A DNA stretch of 63,361 bases, filler included, from Circinaria calcarea (lineage: Eukaryota), in NCBI GenBank assembly GCA_051942165.1. It is 7 parts of 7 records of this genome, joined end to end, with 100 filler letters (N's around TTAATTAATTAA, not from the genome) between each part and the next. Parts side by side here need not be neighbours in the genome. Positions count along the whole stretch, not along the records: positions 1 to 8,984 come from JAVECS010001009.1; positions 9,085 to 18,059 come from JAVECS010001010.1; 5 more parts are not named here. One strand, 5' to 3'. Both the position numbers and the translations under genes were made by a program. Positions within the stretch are counted from its first letter, which is position 1, and the number at the start of each line of letters is the position of its first letter. Shown one piece after another: positions 1 to 11,761 of the stretch. Under the pieces are notes generated by a model, which made no database searches, was not told the origin of the DNA, and saw only the letters and a program-made list of their open reading frames with translations.

Positions 1-828
1 GTTCCGCATTGTAGGAAGGAAGGAAATCTCTATTCCCAACCACCAAAAGAAAATGGTTGCAGGAACTTCCAATTGCTTGCCCATATCCCTCCACTTCTTA
101 CTGTTGTTGGTGAAGAGACTCGAGACCAGTCCTAAAGGCCAAGGTATCATCTTTGCTACAATCTTTGGCAATAACGATTAGTATATGTCGGAGAATAGCG
201 ATGCCGGATCAAAGCTCACCCTTGCGGCCCATAATGTCAACCAAACGATTTCCAACCAGATTGAGAACCAGAGGAGACTAACACCCCCAACGCTAGCTTT
301 TTCGAACACTAGAGCACCTAGGAGTAGAGGAATTAGGATGAGCAGTACGAGCGGCGTTATGTATGTGAAATAGCGGACTAGGAAACTGGAATTGTGGATC
401 TTCTTAAAAGCTTTGGCAAGGTTCGTGGAAGGATGCTCTGGGGGCCCGTACCCAGCAGTCTTCTCATGTATTGGATTTGTGTTAGCATCGAATTCATCCA
501 CCGGGTCAGACCGCCTCGACCTAGAACGATGTATTGACGCCGAACGGGTCAGATTTGCCCCATTGTGCGGCTGCTGGGATACCACCCTCTCGGCTTGGAG
601 CAAGGCCAGATCATCGTTGAGACGATTTTCTTGAGCGCGAGCTTGGGAGGACGACGACAGCGGGTGTAGGTACTGCTGCGACTCATTGCTGGTGTTCAGG
701 GTAATGTCATGCTTTTCTCCGTCAACAGACCCCCCGCCGATAAATGTATGTTCTTCCTCCGAGGACGGCGAGGTAAGGTTGTTCGGGTTGAACGTGGGCT
801 GTGGTATGTCATCGACGGGCGTGACCAT
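1..828 (-). CDS. Mechanosensitive ion channel (fungal MscS-like), 5' part; runs off the contig end
   Basis: Low-complexity N-terminus, then TM segments [27 protein letters not shown]...[19 protein letters not shown]. After an intron (~219-166) the frame continues [52 protein letters not shown], typical of fungal MscS-family proteins. Confidence 0.8.
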
Positions 829-1969
829 TGTTGCCCCGATGAAGCAGGTGTATAGCACTGAGCAGCTGTGGAACTACTATCTGCTATCTTAGATGATTCA
901 ATTGGGAAGAGAGGACACGGTTTCGGCGGATCTGAATGATCGAGCAATATCGCCAGCGCAATTATTGTTGAGCTCTGTCTCGGTTGAATGGTACGAGGTA
1001 TCTGAAAGACGTGAGGATTCGAAAACAAAGGTTGTCGGGGTTAAACGAGGGGGTTTGAACAAAGAAGACGGCCTAGCAGCCGACTGCTTTGGGGAAGGAA
1101 TATAGTGTATATTTGACATAACGCGAACAATGTGAATCTCGAGTGTTATTCGGCCCGCGACTTGGACCCCGCCAACTTTATGCAGACTCTACTCGTGATG
1201 GAATTGGATTAGCCGACTGACGTGGATGGTTATTCATTGGACGACCGACCTGGCAATGTGTTCGGCCTTCCATTCTACAGAGACAGCTATTGCTGTTGAC
1301 CGCCCGTCGAAATGGCGATGCAGGATGCTTATCTCAACGGTTGGGATACGCCAAGGGGGGTTAATCCATGTTTACCGCTATATGTAAAATCCTATTCCAA
1401 AACGAACGCCATATCTTTGAATCACCCGAGGGCCTCGAAAGTCAATTCGGAAATCAACACATCGTTCATTGACTCAATTATCACCAGTTACAATTTAAAA
1501 CATACTCACAAATTTCTATCCTCGACAGCTCGGGTCGACCCTAGCGTTGATCCGGAACAATTCTGATTTACTAGATAATACCTCCCTGCCACGCGGTTGA
1601 CAGGAAAAATGCAACAGCAAAATTCACCCCGCCATAGGCACACCTACTAATTTATGCCTGAGGAGCCCTAGTGTTAGAAAGGGTCCTCACAAATTTGGGG
1701 TTTATACTTAGGCAAGTAAATACGGTGGGCGTCGCATTTTTTCTATCACCCACGTGCCTGCCAATTGGAACTGTAAACCCTAAAGCATATAAGCTGTCAA
1801 GGCTCGACATTTTTATTTATAGAATACTATAGAAAGCCGATAATTTCAGGAAATATTTGCCACTACTAATAGCGGAATTAATTTACCAAATTATAATTTA
1901 AACAACGAGCTTAAATAATATAATACGGGTTTAATTCTGAAAATCACGAATTACTTTCCAATTTATATA

Positions 1970-2105
1970 TATTATAACATCAGGGCCATACTAGGGAAAG
2001 ACTAGCTCCGGAACGGAGGAACCCCTAAACCGGTTATTTAATATATTTATGGAGGTGAGCAAAATAAACACGGAGGTTATTTAATATATTTATAAAGGTG
2101 AGCAA
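1970..2105 (+). mobile_element. RIP-degenerated LTR fragment (older copy of the same LTR family)
   Basis: TATTATAACA matches TGTTATGGCG after G>A changes. GTTATTTAATATATTTATGGAGGTGAGCAA matches the adjacent LTR motif GTGCTCAGTGTGCTCATGGAGGTGAGCAA mostly through C>T/G>A transitions. Confidence 0.6.
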
Positions 2106-2439
2106 TGTTATGGCGTGCCCGCCATGACATGCACTAGGCCCGGATAGGATAGGACCACGGGTCGGGGGAACCGCCACCGTGGGAGTGCTCAGTGTGCTCA
2201 TGGTGCTCATGGAGGTGAGCAAGGTGAGCAGGGTGAGCAGAGTGCTCAGTGTGCTCATGGTGCTCATGGAGGTGAGCAAGGTGAGCACGGTGAGCAGAGT
2301 GCTATATATAACAGGCTGTTCCCGCTCATTAGAATAGCATGTTTATAGACCGTGTTCAATAGACTCCATACTATTGAGCCTAGGGCAACAGTTCAACTAC
2401 ACCCTATGTAACCGTGCTATTACCAATCGAGACTTAACA
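2106..2439 (+). mobile_element. Solo LTR, copy 1
   Basis: Begins TGTTATGGCG and ends CTTAACA (TG...CA). Internal TATATAA box followed by CGCTCATTAGAATAGCATG, shared with the copies at 4762-5048 and 7140-7483. No clear TSD. Confidence 0.7.
2183..2303. repeat. 57-bp tandem duplication built from TGCTCA/TGAGCA motifs, inside LTR copy 1
   Basis: Unit GAGTGCTCAGTGTGCTCATGGTGCTCATGGAGGTGAGCAAGGTGAGCA(G/C)GGTGAGCA at 2183 and 2240, with a partial third unit at 2297. Confidence 0.9.
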
Positions 2440-4703
2440 TATTCCTCATTAGGCCTCAAGGATTGCAGCGCCCTTACACGGATATAGTGGTCGAACATGA
2501 CATGGCCTGCCTATTTGGAAGATCTCGAATTGATAATCAAATAGCATCTTCTTTTAGGACAGTAGTAGCAAAAACCGCGTCCATAAAGCTCTGTGAGGGT
2601 ATCATCCTTCAGGACGGGCCCGGTCCCATAGTCACTAGAGCATTTGGTAAAGATTAGACATCCTATTTCGCTACGGTCCTCCAATGCTCACTTCTTACTT
2701 CTGTACTTGAAAAGCATTCACTTGCTGGAGCCATCATAGAGACGTTTGAGAAGAAGCATGAAGGGGCCCCTGCAGGAGAAATTCTAAGATCAGCATTAAG
2801 CGAGGGAGCAATCTTTGGGTTTCTTCAAGCCTGTGAGGAACAAGCCTCTTCGTATATTTGGAGCCACCATTTATCTGCGGTAGGAAGCATCCTGGACTAT
2901 AAAGGACATGAAACCCATAAATTAATTCCAACCACCATTCTCAGAGGTCTTATAGACATGTTACCATTAGTACAATATTTCCCGGAAAACTACATGATTG
3001 AAGTAGAAAACGGTGGTGGCGTGTGTCTGTTGGTTGTCTGGGCTCATCATGTACTCGGCCTATGCGTTGATGTCACCCGACATACTGAGAATCCCGGTTA
3101 TCTAGTGAAGGCTTCATTTGGGTCCGGGCCTGCACAGTTAATAATCAATGATGGAGTAATTGATCTTGAACATCCAGTTGAGACTTGTGTTGTAGACGCT
3201 AGGTTTTACTGTTCACACATGGAACCATCGATCATTCTGCTTGCTACTATAGGTGATGGGAAGAACGAGAAGCTGTTTAGTTTTGAAAGAGATCCCGACG
3301 AAGCTAAAATCGAGGCTGTCTTCAATCGACCTGCCAAAGGCTATGCCAAAGGAGTCTTTGAGAGATATTGGCACTATGACGATGGACTAAATGCTATGCT
3401 CGAAGAAATGTCGCTGATCACCTCTGGCTACGCGTTTGCAGTCTCGGAGAACCTTCATAAAACGACCTCACTGCACCGATGTATACTAGAAGAGCCTCAA
3501 GAAACTTCCGTTTCAGGAGATAGTACGCCTAGTGAGATTAACCTTGAAGATTAATTTGATAAGGAGAGCAAAGAGAGAATAACCCCGTGCAAAGTTGATG
3601 CGAATATGCTTCTAAACGCGGCTCGGTTTCTATTTAATGATCGTAAGTTAAATATGAAATCTGTAAGCCAATACGCTACCTATTACTCGAGCATCGGTTT
3701 GGACCTATCTAAGCCATCAGAACGTATGCAGAATATTTTGGATATATATAGGACGTAAAGCAAACCCGAGCACAAATGGACTGGCCTAGTTTCTATCGTT
3801 CAATATCTGAGTATTCTTCTACTCGCATTTGCACACGTCCATGATCTGAAATTGTGTGAAGACTTTCCTCTGTGTCATGACTACGAACTGCTTTTCAGCC
3901 ATGATTTGTCTACAGATCTGATGAGATCAGATCACAACTATAAGAAAAATATTCTAGTCAATGAGACAGCTTGGTTTGATGTGATTGCGAGTCTTTTGGT
4001 ACACAACTATGCCGAGGAGATATCTTCACAGCAGCCGAGTCTACTCAGTGATCGGGGCTGGAGTGTCTTTCTTAGCATCTTCAGCGATACTGATCCGGGC
4101 TATACGGATAACGGCTTTATTGTGATCCGGAAAGGCATCCCGTGCAGAAACGGTGTCTGGAAACACGGGGTTTGCGACGCTAGCTCTGAAGGACAACCTC
4201 ATCCCTATGGAGAACATCTGCTTTTAAGCACAGCAGGCGAGGAGGCTATACTCGGCTGTGCGGAGATAGTCCGAAATGGGAAAACGCTCTGCGGCGAACG
4301 TGGCGACAGATTTATAGTCAGCCGCAGAATAATCTCTATGGGTCTGCCAGACCGTCCCTCCGGTAAGGAAGTCACGCTCCGAACAGGGTATCTAAAGATG
4401 TACCTAGCGCTTTGGGCAGTATAGAAGACGGTATCCTGCGGATATCCACCCGGGGAAAATCAAACTCTGACTCTAGCACCTGGATCTGCAACCGTGTTTG
4501 GCGTTCCGAGCTCTAGTCTGAATGAACGGCTGATTATATGTTTTACTGCCCGTAACAGGGCGGCGCGCTGGAGAGTTCTAATTGCGATTAGAATAAGTGA
4601 ATGGAGTGGCAGGAAAATAATGCTCAGAAGGGAAGATTGTTGCTTTTTATGCGCTATTGCCCAGACTGCAACCTTAGCTGGGAAGTGGTATCTTGTTTTG
4701 TAA
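2440..4703 (+). pseudogene. Disrupted fungal hypothetical-protein gene
   Basis: Colinear protein-like fragments (2463-2657, 2958-3554, 3852-4424, 4494-4703; GPGP, LVVWAHHVLGL, SDRGWSVFL, CCFLCAI...GKWYLVL). They are broken by TAG/TAA stops at 2655, 3552 and 4422 compatible with CAG/CAA>TAG/TAA. The 5' end abuts LTR copy 1. Confidence 0.7.
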
Positions 4704-4761
4704 ATAATAGTATCTTTTTGATAAGGTTTTCTATCGATATATCTAATTATTTCTAGTCATC

Positions 4762-5048
4762 TGTAAGGGTGTTAGGATAGGCTAGACTGGTATAAAGGAC
4801 AAAGTCACTCCGTGGCGCACGATTACCAGAGCGTAATATAAATCTATTGTTACTCTGTTGTGTGTCTATAAGCATGCTATTCTAAAGAGCGAGGAACAGC
4901 CTGCTTATATAGGTGGTTGCTCACCCTACTCCCCTATGCTCACTAACCCCGAGCATACTGAGCATCATGAGCACGGTTCCTTAGTTAGTCCGTTCCGGTT
5001 CTAACCCTTTCATGGCTTAGCGCATGTCATGGTGCTGGCGCCATAACA
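4762..5048 (-). mobile_element. Solo LTR, copy 2 (inverted)
   Basis: Reverse complement reads TGTTATGGCG...TATATAAGCAGGCTGTTCCTCGCTCTTTAGAATAGCATGCTTATAGAC...ATACCAGTCTAGCCTATCCTAACACCCTTACA. Clearly homologous to copy 3. Confidence 0.75.
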
Positions 5049-5823
5049 TATAAGCTCCTATTTATAAAAATGTGCTGAGAATTCATCATCATATTTAGTT
5101 ATTCAAATTAAAGGTAGTAGTAAATTTTCCTTCCGGCAATTAGCTATCAATAATTAGCTTACTCCGTACTCCGTCAGCCATCCGCGGAGTAGGTTAAGCT
5201 TCAGGTTTCGTGCGTGCTATAGGAAATCTTTACACCTTTCCCCGCGCTCATTCGTCTCCATACCTATCCGATTACCTTACCTTATCTTTGAAATTACCCG
5301 ACAGCGGCATCTTCGACGACATTATTTACTTTTGATTTGCTGGATATGGGACTGGAAGTACCGTAGGGTCCCTGCCTGCCTGCCTTAATAGGTTCATGCA
5401 TTAGATGCGTGCATTAAGTGCTTCAGCCCTCAAGCCACCCGGGGGCGGTGCCAGGTATTTTATTATGATATCAGCGCTGATAACCTGCCTAATTTAGCTA
5501 GAATATACTCTGGACTCTAGATGGTGCCTATAAAGACAATAGTGCGCATTCCATTCCATATCTCCGCCATCCCCACCTACTTTCTTCCAGATCGATTTCA
5601 TCGCATAGTATAATCAACATACACATATTATCTCCTTCCATTGTGCCTGATAGTAGAAGACGTGGTGCCCTACCTGAAATTCTTCCTATTTTCTCCTTCT
5701 CAGCCGTGCACGGCACACTTGGTGATATTGCACTTTGGAAGTTGTCAGTTCCTACAATATTTCCTGTCATCTCTGGTCGCCCTCGATTCGACTCAGATAT
5801 TATACTGGCTGGAGGTAGACATA

Positions 5824-7095
5824 ATGCCTCCACGTTGGCTGCTTGATACCTCATCATATGAACGCCACAGAGAAGCCAGTTCGCAGTACGCTATTCTCTC
5901 TCATCGCTGGAAGCCACATCCTCGATTTGGAAACGAAATCGATTTCCAGACGCTAAATCCTGGTGTGTTGGGCAGTCATGACATTGGCCTGGATCAGCAT
6001 GACTCGGACGAAGACAGAGCTTGTTGTCCGCTTTGCAAGATCAAAGGTGCTTGCGCTAAAGCGCGAAAGCAAAACATCAGCTGGCTTTGGGTAGATACAT
6101 GCTGTATCGACAAGCACGACGCCGTGGAGTACAAGATAGCTATCAATTCGATGTTTGAGTACTATCGTGGAGCTATTGTATGTTACGGCTTCCTTTACGA
6201 CGTAGCCTCGCGAAACGGTGCTTCCGGCGAACAGATATTCAAGAGCCAGGATCCGGAGCGGAATGGCCAGGCGTCGGACTGGTTTGAACGCGGATGGACG
6301 CTACAAGAGCTATTGGCCCCACAACACATGGAATTCTACGACCGAAAGTGGACGTTCATGGGTACAAAAGACGAACTTGCTGGCGACCTATACGGCTTGA
6401 CTCGTATCGACAAAAAATATCTTCTTAAAAGTGGGGAAATCAAGAAAGCTAGCCTGGCGGCTCGAATAAGCTGGATGGCTGGAAGGACTACGACCTATCC
6501 TGAGGACATCGCCTACAGCATGCTCGGTATCTTGGGGGTCAACATGCCAGTCGATTACGGCGAAGGCGCCAAAGCATTTATCAGGCTACAGAAGATGCTT
6601 ATAGAAAGTTCTTCAGATGACTCGATCTTCGCATGGACTATACCCAGGGAAGGGTTGAAGTGCTACCGAGGAATTGGTAAGCTTAAGATGTGGAAGCCTC
6701 CCAACTGGGGACTTTTGGCACCATCACCTGATTGCTTTCGAGAATCTGGCGACCTTGTCATTCCAGACAGGGTCATTCCTAGACCGTTTAACTTGGCGCA
6801 AGGAGGTGTGCAGTTTATGGTAGCCCAAAAGTCAGGGACTGAGGCGACGAATTTTTTCGGACTGCCTCGAAAGGAAGTCAACCTTGCGTTGAACTGCTGC
6901 AGGCATGTCAATGGACAGACACTTTATGTCGTAATCCATCTTTTGAAAGCAAATAATGGTTACGTCCGTGTCCAATGTGGCAGTTTGGATCCAACAAGAA
7001 ACGCAAGGCCCAGCACCAATAGCGTGCTTGGAATCGATCAGCTTCTGAGAAGGGAGCTTACGGTAGCACAGCCACCGTTTAACCCGTCCGACTAA
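5824..7095 (+). CDS. HET-domain (heterokaryon incompatibility, HET-E N-terminal-like) protein, ~423 aa, intronless
   Basis: Motifs RWLLDT, YAILSHRW, WLWVDTCCIDK, AINSMFEYYRGA.VCY..L.DV, WFERGWTLQELLAP, RISWMAGRTTT..ED.AYS.LG..GVNM..DYGEG.KAF.RLQ, DDSIFAW. First ATG at 5824. Confidence 0.9.
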   Translation: MPPRWLLDTSSYERHREASSQYAILSHRWKPHPRFGNEIDFQTLNPGVLGSHDIGLDQHDSDEDRACCPLCKIKGACAKARKQNISWLWVDTCCIDKHDAVEYKIAINSMFEYYRGAIVCYGFLYDVASRNGASGEQIFKSQDPERNGQASDWFERGWTLQELLAPQHMEFYDRKWTFMGTKDELAGDLYGLTRIDKKYLLKSGEIKKASLAARISWMAGRTTTYPEDIAYSMLGILGVNMPVDYGEGAKAFIRLQKMLIESSSDDSIFAWTIPREGLKCYRGIGKLKMWKPPNWGLLAPSPDCFRESGDLVIPDRVIPRPFNLAQGGVQFMVAQKSGTEATNFFGLPRKEVNLALNCCRHVNGQTLYVVIHLLKANNGYVRVQCGSLDPTRNARPSTNSVLGIDQLLRRELTVAQPPFNPSD

Positions 7096-7139
7096 ATTAT
7101 TTATCGATGAGAATCCAAGGACATCGATAGATAAGCCGA

Positions 7140-7483
7140 TGTTATGGCGCTGCATACTACCGACTGTGTAACCATAGGGGTTGAGGGAACGGTCCGCCGG
7201 TGCTCAGGCTGCTCAGGATACTTGGCATGCAGGATACTTGGCATGGAAATCCTCTGAGCATGGGATTACGCTCAGATAGATCAGACGGTTTTTGTTTCTG
7301 TTATTCCTAAGCCACCTGAGCAAACATACTATATAGGCAGACCATTCCGCGCTCATTAGAATGGCATGCTTATAAACATACACAACATAGGCAACAATAA
7401 TATAGTATTACACCTATGGTAATCGCGCACGTTGGAGTGAATTTATTCCTTATACCAGTCTAGCATATCCTAGCACCCTTACA
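7140..7483 (+). mobile_element. Solo LTR, copy 3
   Basis: TGTTATGGCG...TATATAGG...CGCTCATTAGAATGGCATGCTTATAAAC...ATACCAGTCTAGCATATCCTAGCACCCTTACA, with TG...CA termini. Confidence 0.75.
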
Positions 7484-8665
7484 GACAGCTTTAAAAGCAA
7501 AGTTATTCAAATATTATCTTCACGTTGTAACAGCGCACGATTTGATCGACAAGCTTACCTGTCGGACTAATATAGTAAACCTGCAAAACTATCAGATATA
7601 AACATTTGCAGCCACCAAGATTTATTCAAGACTTCATTTTCATTTCTGTGTCGTAGATTAAATAGAACAGCTTTGTCTCGCGATCTCGAATTGTATGCAA
7701 CTGCGCAGATTGTTGGGCATCTGAATAAACCGTCTCATTCCCTTGTACTTGCGTGAGTTGATCTATCCTGGCATTTGACGAGGCGGCTTGCTCCCTTCTT
7801 CATTACCTGCTTCTGCCGGTCGTTCTCCTGTTTCATTTCTCTTAGGCCCTCCGATTTACTTGATGAAGTTTGCCGCTTCAGCAAAGTCCATACACTCATC
7901 GATTTGTTGCTTCTACCGCTCAATCTCCTGCTGCTGCATGAGCGTTACCGTCATTCTTTGTTTTTTTATAGCTCGTGGCAGGTCCGGTGTTTTTGAATTC
8001 CCTGTCCTGAGATGCAGGAGCGCTTGTTGCCATTTCCTGTGAATTAGGTAATTCCGAGTCGTCGACGCTAGCAGGCTGATGTGAATGAATCGCCAAAGTG
8101 GGACCCCTAAAGTCTAGATTCGGGGGTATATCATCAATGGCCGAGCAGATCAACTTGTTGGTGGGCTGGCATTCACACATCATAGACATTTTTAGTGAAT
8201 TTATACGCTATCCATTTTTCTTTCCCTTCTTCGCTTGTTAAATTGTAAGCCTTTAAATAGAGGAAGAATGCACACTGAGGGGAATCCGACGCGCAGCTCA
8301 AGAAGAAAGGAAAGCTTGGCGACCCCCTAGACACGGGGAGCATAAGTCTCCGACGCAACCCCACCCGCTAATTTAATCGAGGCGTCCGGAGGCTTAAAAC
8401 GAAGCCTCTTATAAAACGCGGGCGGAGCGAGCCCTACGCTTCAATAAACGTCGATTGGGTACCTGACCTGATGTTTTAATGTTTTTGGCGTATTTCGCAG
8501 TGTCGACACACAAACCATGTCCTACCTAGTAACCGCCCAATCCACATGATCAGCTGAGTACAATAGGACGACTTACAGCCCGAGTTCGTAAACCAACGTT
8601 GATGGAACGCTCGCTCCATCCTTTCCATCTTATTATATCTCCACTTGTTGTTGGGTCTAGAAATC

Positions 8666-8984
8666 ATGTCAGCACATGCTCAGCCGCCGGGCGCACCCCC
8701 ACTGTACAGCGACACTCCGCTGGCCGTTATTCCCACACCAAAGTTTGACACAGGGAATGTAAGTCTCCTCGAGCTCACATAGTCGGCTGTCTTTAATGAA
8801 CTTGACCAGTCGGACCCGTTCACCATTGAGGCCTCCCACATGACCTTGAGCCACAATTCCTTTATCCGTGGCTTCAACAGTATCTATCAGCAAGCTCCAC
8901 GGATACAACGGGCCGACAGTATCGATTTCGTAGGCTATTGCCTCGCCTGGCATGACTGTGTCGCGGAGCATCACCACTACGAGG
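8666..8984 (+). CDS. Hemerythrin/HHE cation-binding domain protein, 5' part (cut by contig end)
   Basis: MSAHAQPPGAPPLYSDTPLAVIPTPKF, intron 8759-8809 (GTAAGT...CAG), then ASHMTLSHNSFIRGFNSIYQQAPRI...DFVGYCLAWHDCVAEHHHYE, the pattern of fungal hemerythrins. Confidence 0.8.
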
Positions 8985-9084
8985 NNNNNNNNNNNNNNNN
9001 NNNNNNNNNNNNNNNNNNNNNNNNNNNNTTAATTAATTAANNNNNNNNNNNNNNNNNNNNNNNNNNNNNNNNNNNNNNNNNNNN
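8985..9084. other. Artificial contig linker
   Basis: 100 nt of N-run + TTAATTAATTAA (stops in all six frames) + N-run. Confidence 0.98.
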
Positions 9085-9457
9085 CCTAAAAACATCCCCC
9101 AACATCCCCCGTTCCCCACCTTCCAGTCTCAAATCAGGCTCAGGGTCAGGGCCAGGGTCAGGGTCAGGTTGGTTGGTTACGAAAGAAAGGGAAGGAAGGA
9201 AAGGGGCAGCTTCAGTCTCTGTCAAGAACAGGACTTCTACACTACACTACACCACCATACGTGGCGGAACGAGTATTCCGGGGGGAGCTCGGTTTGAACT
9301 ACCCTGACCACCCTAACAACCGAGCAATAGAATAGCAGAGCTTCCCTGCGATGCAAGTTCCGTCGTGAAGTCCATTCATTACACATAGAGGAGTGGTGGT
9401 AGTTACCATAGCCGGTACAGAGCCGATTCCCACCCCTGGATTATCTCTCTATTGTTT

Positions 9458-9512
9458 CACAGTTTCAGTTTCAGATTCGGATTCAGGTTCAGATTCAGAT
9501 TCAGATTCGGTT
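9458..9512. repeat. Degenerate hexamer microsatellite (TCAGAT/TCAGTT)n; a similar TCAGGG run lies at ~9134-9168
   Basis: CACAGTTTCAGTTTCAGATTCGGATTCAGGTTCAGATTCAGATTCAGATTCGG. Confidence 0.75.
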
Positions 9513-9801
9513 TAGACCAAAGCCATGCCATGATTTCTCTGGATTGGTTGACCGAAAGGAAAAGTTCCCTTCTGCTCCTTTCCAAGAAGAATCTCAGTTT
9601 CAAACCCCTCGGTCTAGTCCAATCCAGTCCGATTTCCGAAAAAAGGCACTGCTGCACTGGTTTCGTCGGGTAGTGCTTTCTAGTGCAGGAAAGGATAACC
9701 ACGGGGATAAATATTACATGACCTCCCCCCCAAAATAGCAGCGTGCCTCAAATCGTTAACCCCCTTGCAACACAGAGACCAAAAAAAAAGGGTTCAAGGT
9801 C

Positions 9802-11761
9802 TCATAACCTCGCGCCGCTGACCAGAGTGCCCACCTCCTGATGCCGTTTATCCTGTCCGCGGTAGCCTCTCCGCCCGCGCGTATACCAGTCGACTATGAT
9901 GATGAAGACGACGACGGCGTAGACGACCGAGACATAGTTCATGTCTGTTATTGCCGTGTTAGCTACAGTCCACATAAAGCCAAGGTATACGTGGGTAAAG
10001 GAGAAGGGGGGAGGGAGGAAGGGAGAACATACTGCCCGCAGTAACCGGTTGCATCGGCGGGAAAGAGTACATGACGAAGGTGAAGAGAGTCCAGAGTAAG
10101 AGGACAATGTTCGCAAAGAGGCCGAGGGGACCCATCCAAAAGGGGCCATGGCGGATGTTGTCGCGGCCGCGGTAGAGGAGGCAAGCAACGGGAATGGCGT
10201 AGGAGATGTAGAGGAGGACGATGCAGGCTGTAATCATACTATTTGAGAGAAGGTATAGTTAGCGGTTGTGTCAGGTTTAAGCGAGGGATTCTTTTCATTG
10301 GTGGTGATGGATCCCTAGTGGCGTTGGGGGCCTTGCAGGATCGATACCACAGAGTAGAATAATCTCTTAAAGAGTGGGTGAGATCCGTTACTTGCGTACC
10401 AGCAATCAAGCACGGTCCCTACAATATCATCCTGTCCAAATATCCAACTTGATGCATATGAAAAATTCAAGAAGAGATCAGCTTACCTGTTAAATGCGGT
10501 ATACGAACCCAAATACAAGGTTCCAAGAATGGCAACAATGACACAACTAACAAAATGCGCACGCAACGGCACGTCCAGCTTCGGGTCTACCTTTGCCAAG
10601 TAATTTCCGAATGGCAATCCCCGATCTCTAGCAAAGCTCCAACACAATCTTGATTGCCAAGTATGACTTGCAATCTGGCAGCCGATACCGGTAGCAATGA
10701 TTAAGCTTTCCAGAACAATGGCACCTGCTTTTACGCCTAGGGCCTGATTGAAGAGTTCGAGAATCGGTACCATTGTCTTCGTATTGAATAAACCATCCAA
10801 ATCCTGCATACTAAAAAACATGGCCACGGAATAAAACCAGGATGTCACGAATCCAATGGCAACTGTACCCATGATGGCAATGGGAATCATCTTCTCCGGC
10901 CTCGCGACCTCTTCTGCCATATGCGTTGCACAATCCAAACAAGCAAACGGCCAGTTTGTGTTTATCAACCCAACGATAAAGGCAATACCGCCTTGTCTCC
11001 AGCCAGTGTTGTTGACGAAGTTGGCAAAGACGAATCTGGCCTCTTGATGAGTAGGAGCTTTCGCAGGTACGACCACTAGAATGACGAAAAAAGAGACCAA
11101 GGATGTATAGAGAGTGGCCGTTGCAACCTGTGGAAGGATTTTGCCATAGCAATTGAAGATGAAGGAAAAGGTATTGACGACTTGATAGGCGACAAAGACA
11201 TGCCACGGTAGGATATGGCTATGAGTGGTTAATACGTGGTTTGCAATATTGCCAAGGAACATACAAATCTGGATGAGCCAACTGCCAACATCCCACAAGA
11301 GCAGCTCCCACAGCCAAAGCAACACTGACAGAGGTAAAGATTGATCCGGCCCACGCGAACCATCCAGTCAGGTAGGATGCAAAGTTGGCGTATTTCTTCG
11401 GCGCCAGCTCGTTGGCCCAGAAATACTGTCCTCCAGCATTGGGCATCGCACTGGCTAGCTCGGATAGGGAAATGCCAACGCAAGTCGAGATCAAGGCGAT
11501 CAGGATGATGCCATAGATGATGAGGATGGGACCACCCGAGTTGATGCCAGTGACGAGGGCCGCCGAAATCCCGAACCACGAGTTGGTCAAAGAGAAGCCC
11601 ACCCCCAAGACAGAAAGCACCGAGAAATTCCGCTTCATCTCCTGGGTGTAGCCCATCTCCGCCAACTTCATGGCATCATCGTCGAGTCCCTTCAGGTCGG
11701 CGATATTGTCATCCGAATGGTGTTCATGGGTGATGCCATAGTCCTTCTTATCCTCATCCAT
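9802..11761 (-). CDS. HNM1: Choline transporter / amino-acid permease (APC superfamily), 4 exons
   Basis: MDEDKKDY...LAEMGYTQEMKRNFSVLSVLGVGFSLTNSWFGIS, SELASAMPNAGGQYFWANELAP, LDCATHMAEEV, HTWQSRLCWSFARDRGLPF, and C-terminal MNYVSVVYAVV. Confidence 0.85.

Noticed and set aside
2183..2303. Repeat array as CRISPR, or ORF 2034-2288 as a protein
   Set aside because: Tandem units without unique spacers, inside an LTR in a eukaryotic genome. The ORF is just the translated repeat.
7735..8364. Minus-strand ORF fragments as a transposase remnant
   Set aside because: No DDE, HTH or other recognisable motif, and no terminal repeats found.
9029..9040. Recurrent palindrome TTAATTAATTAA as a biological motif
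   Set aside because: Always centred in N-runs. It is a six-frame stop linker added during concatenation.
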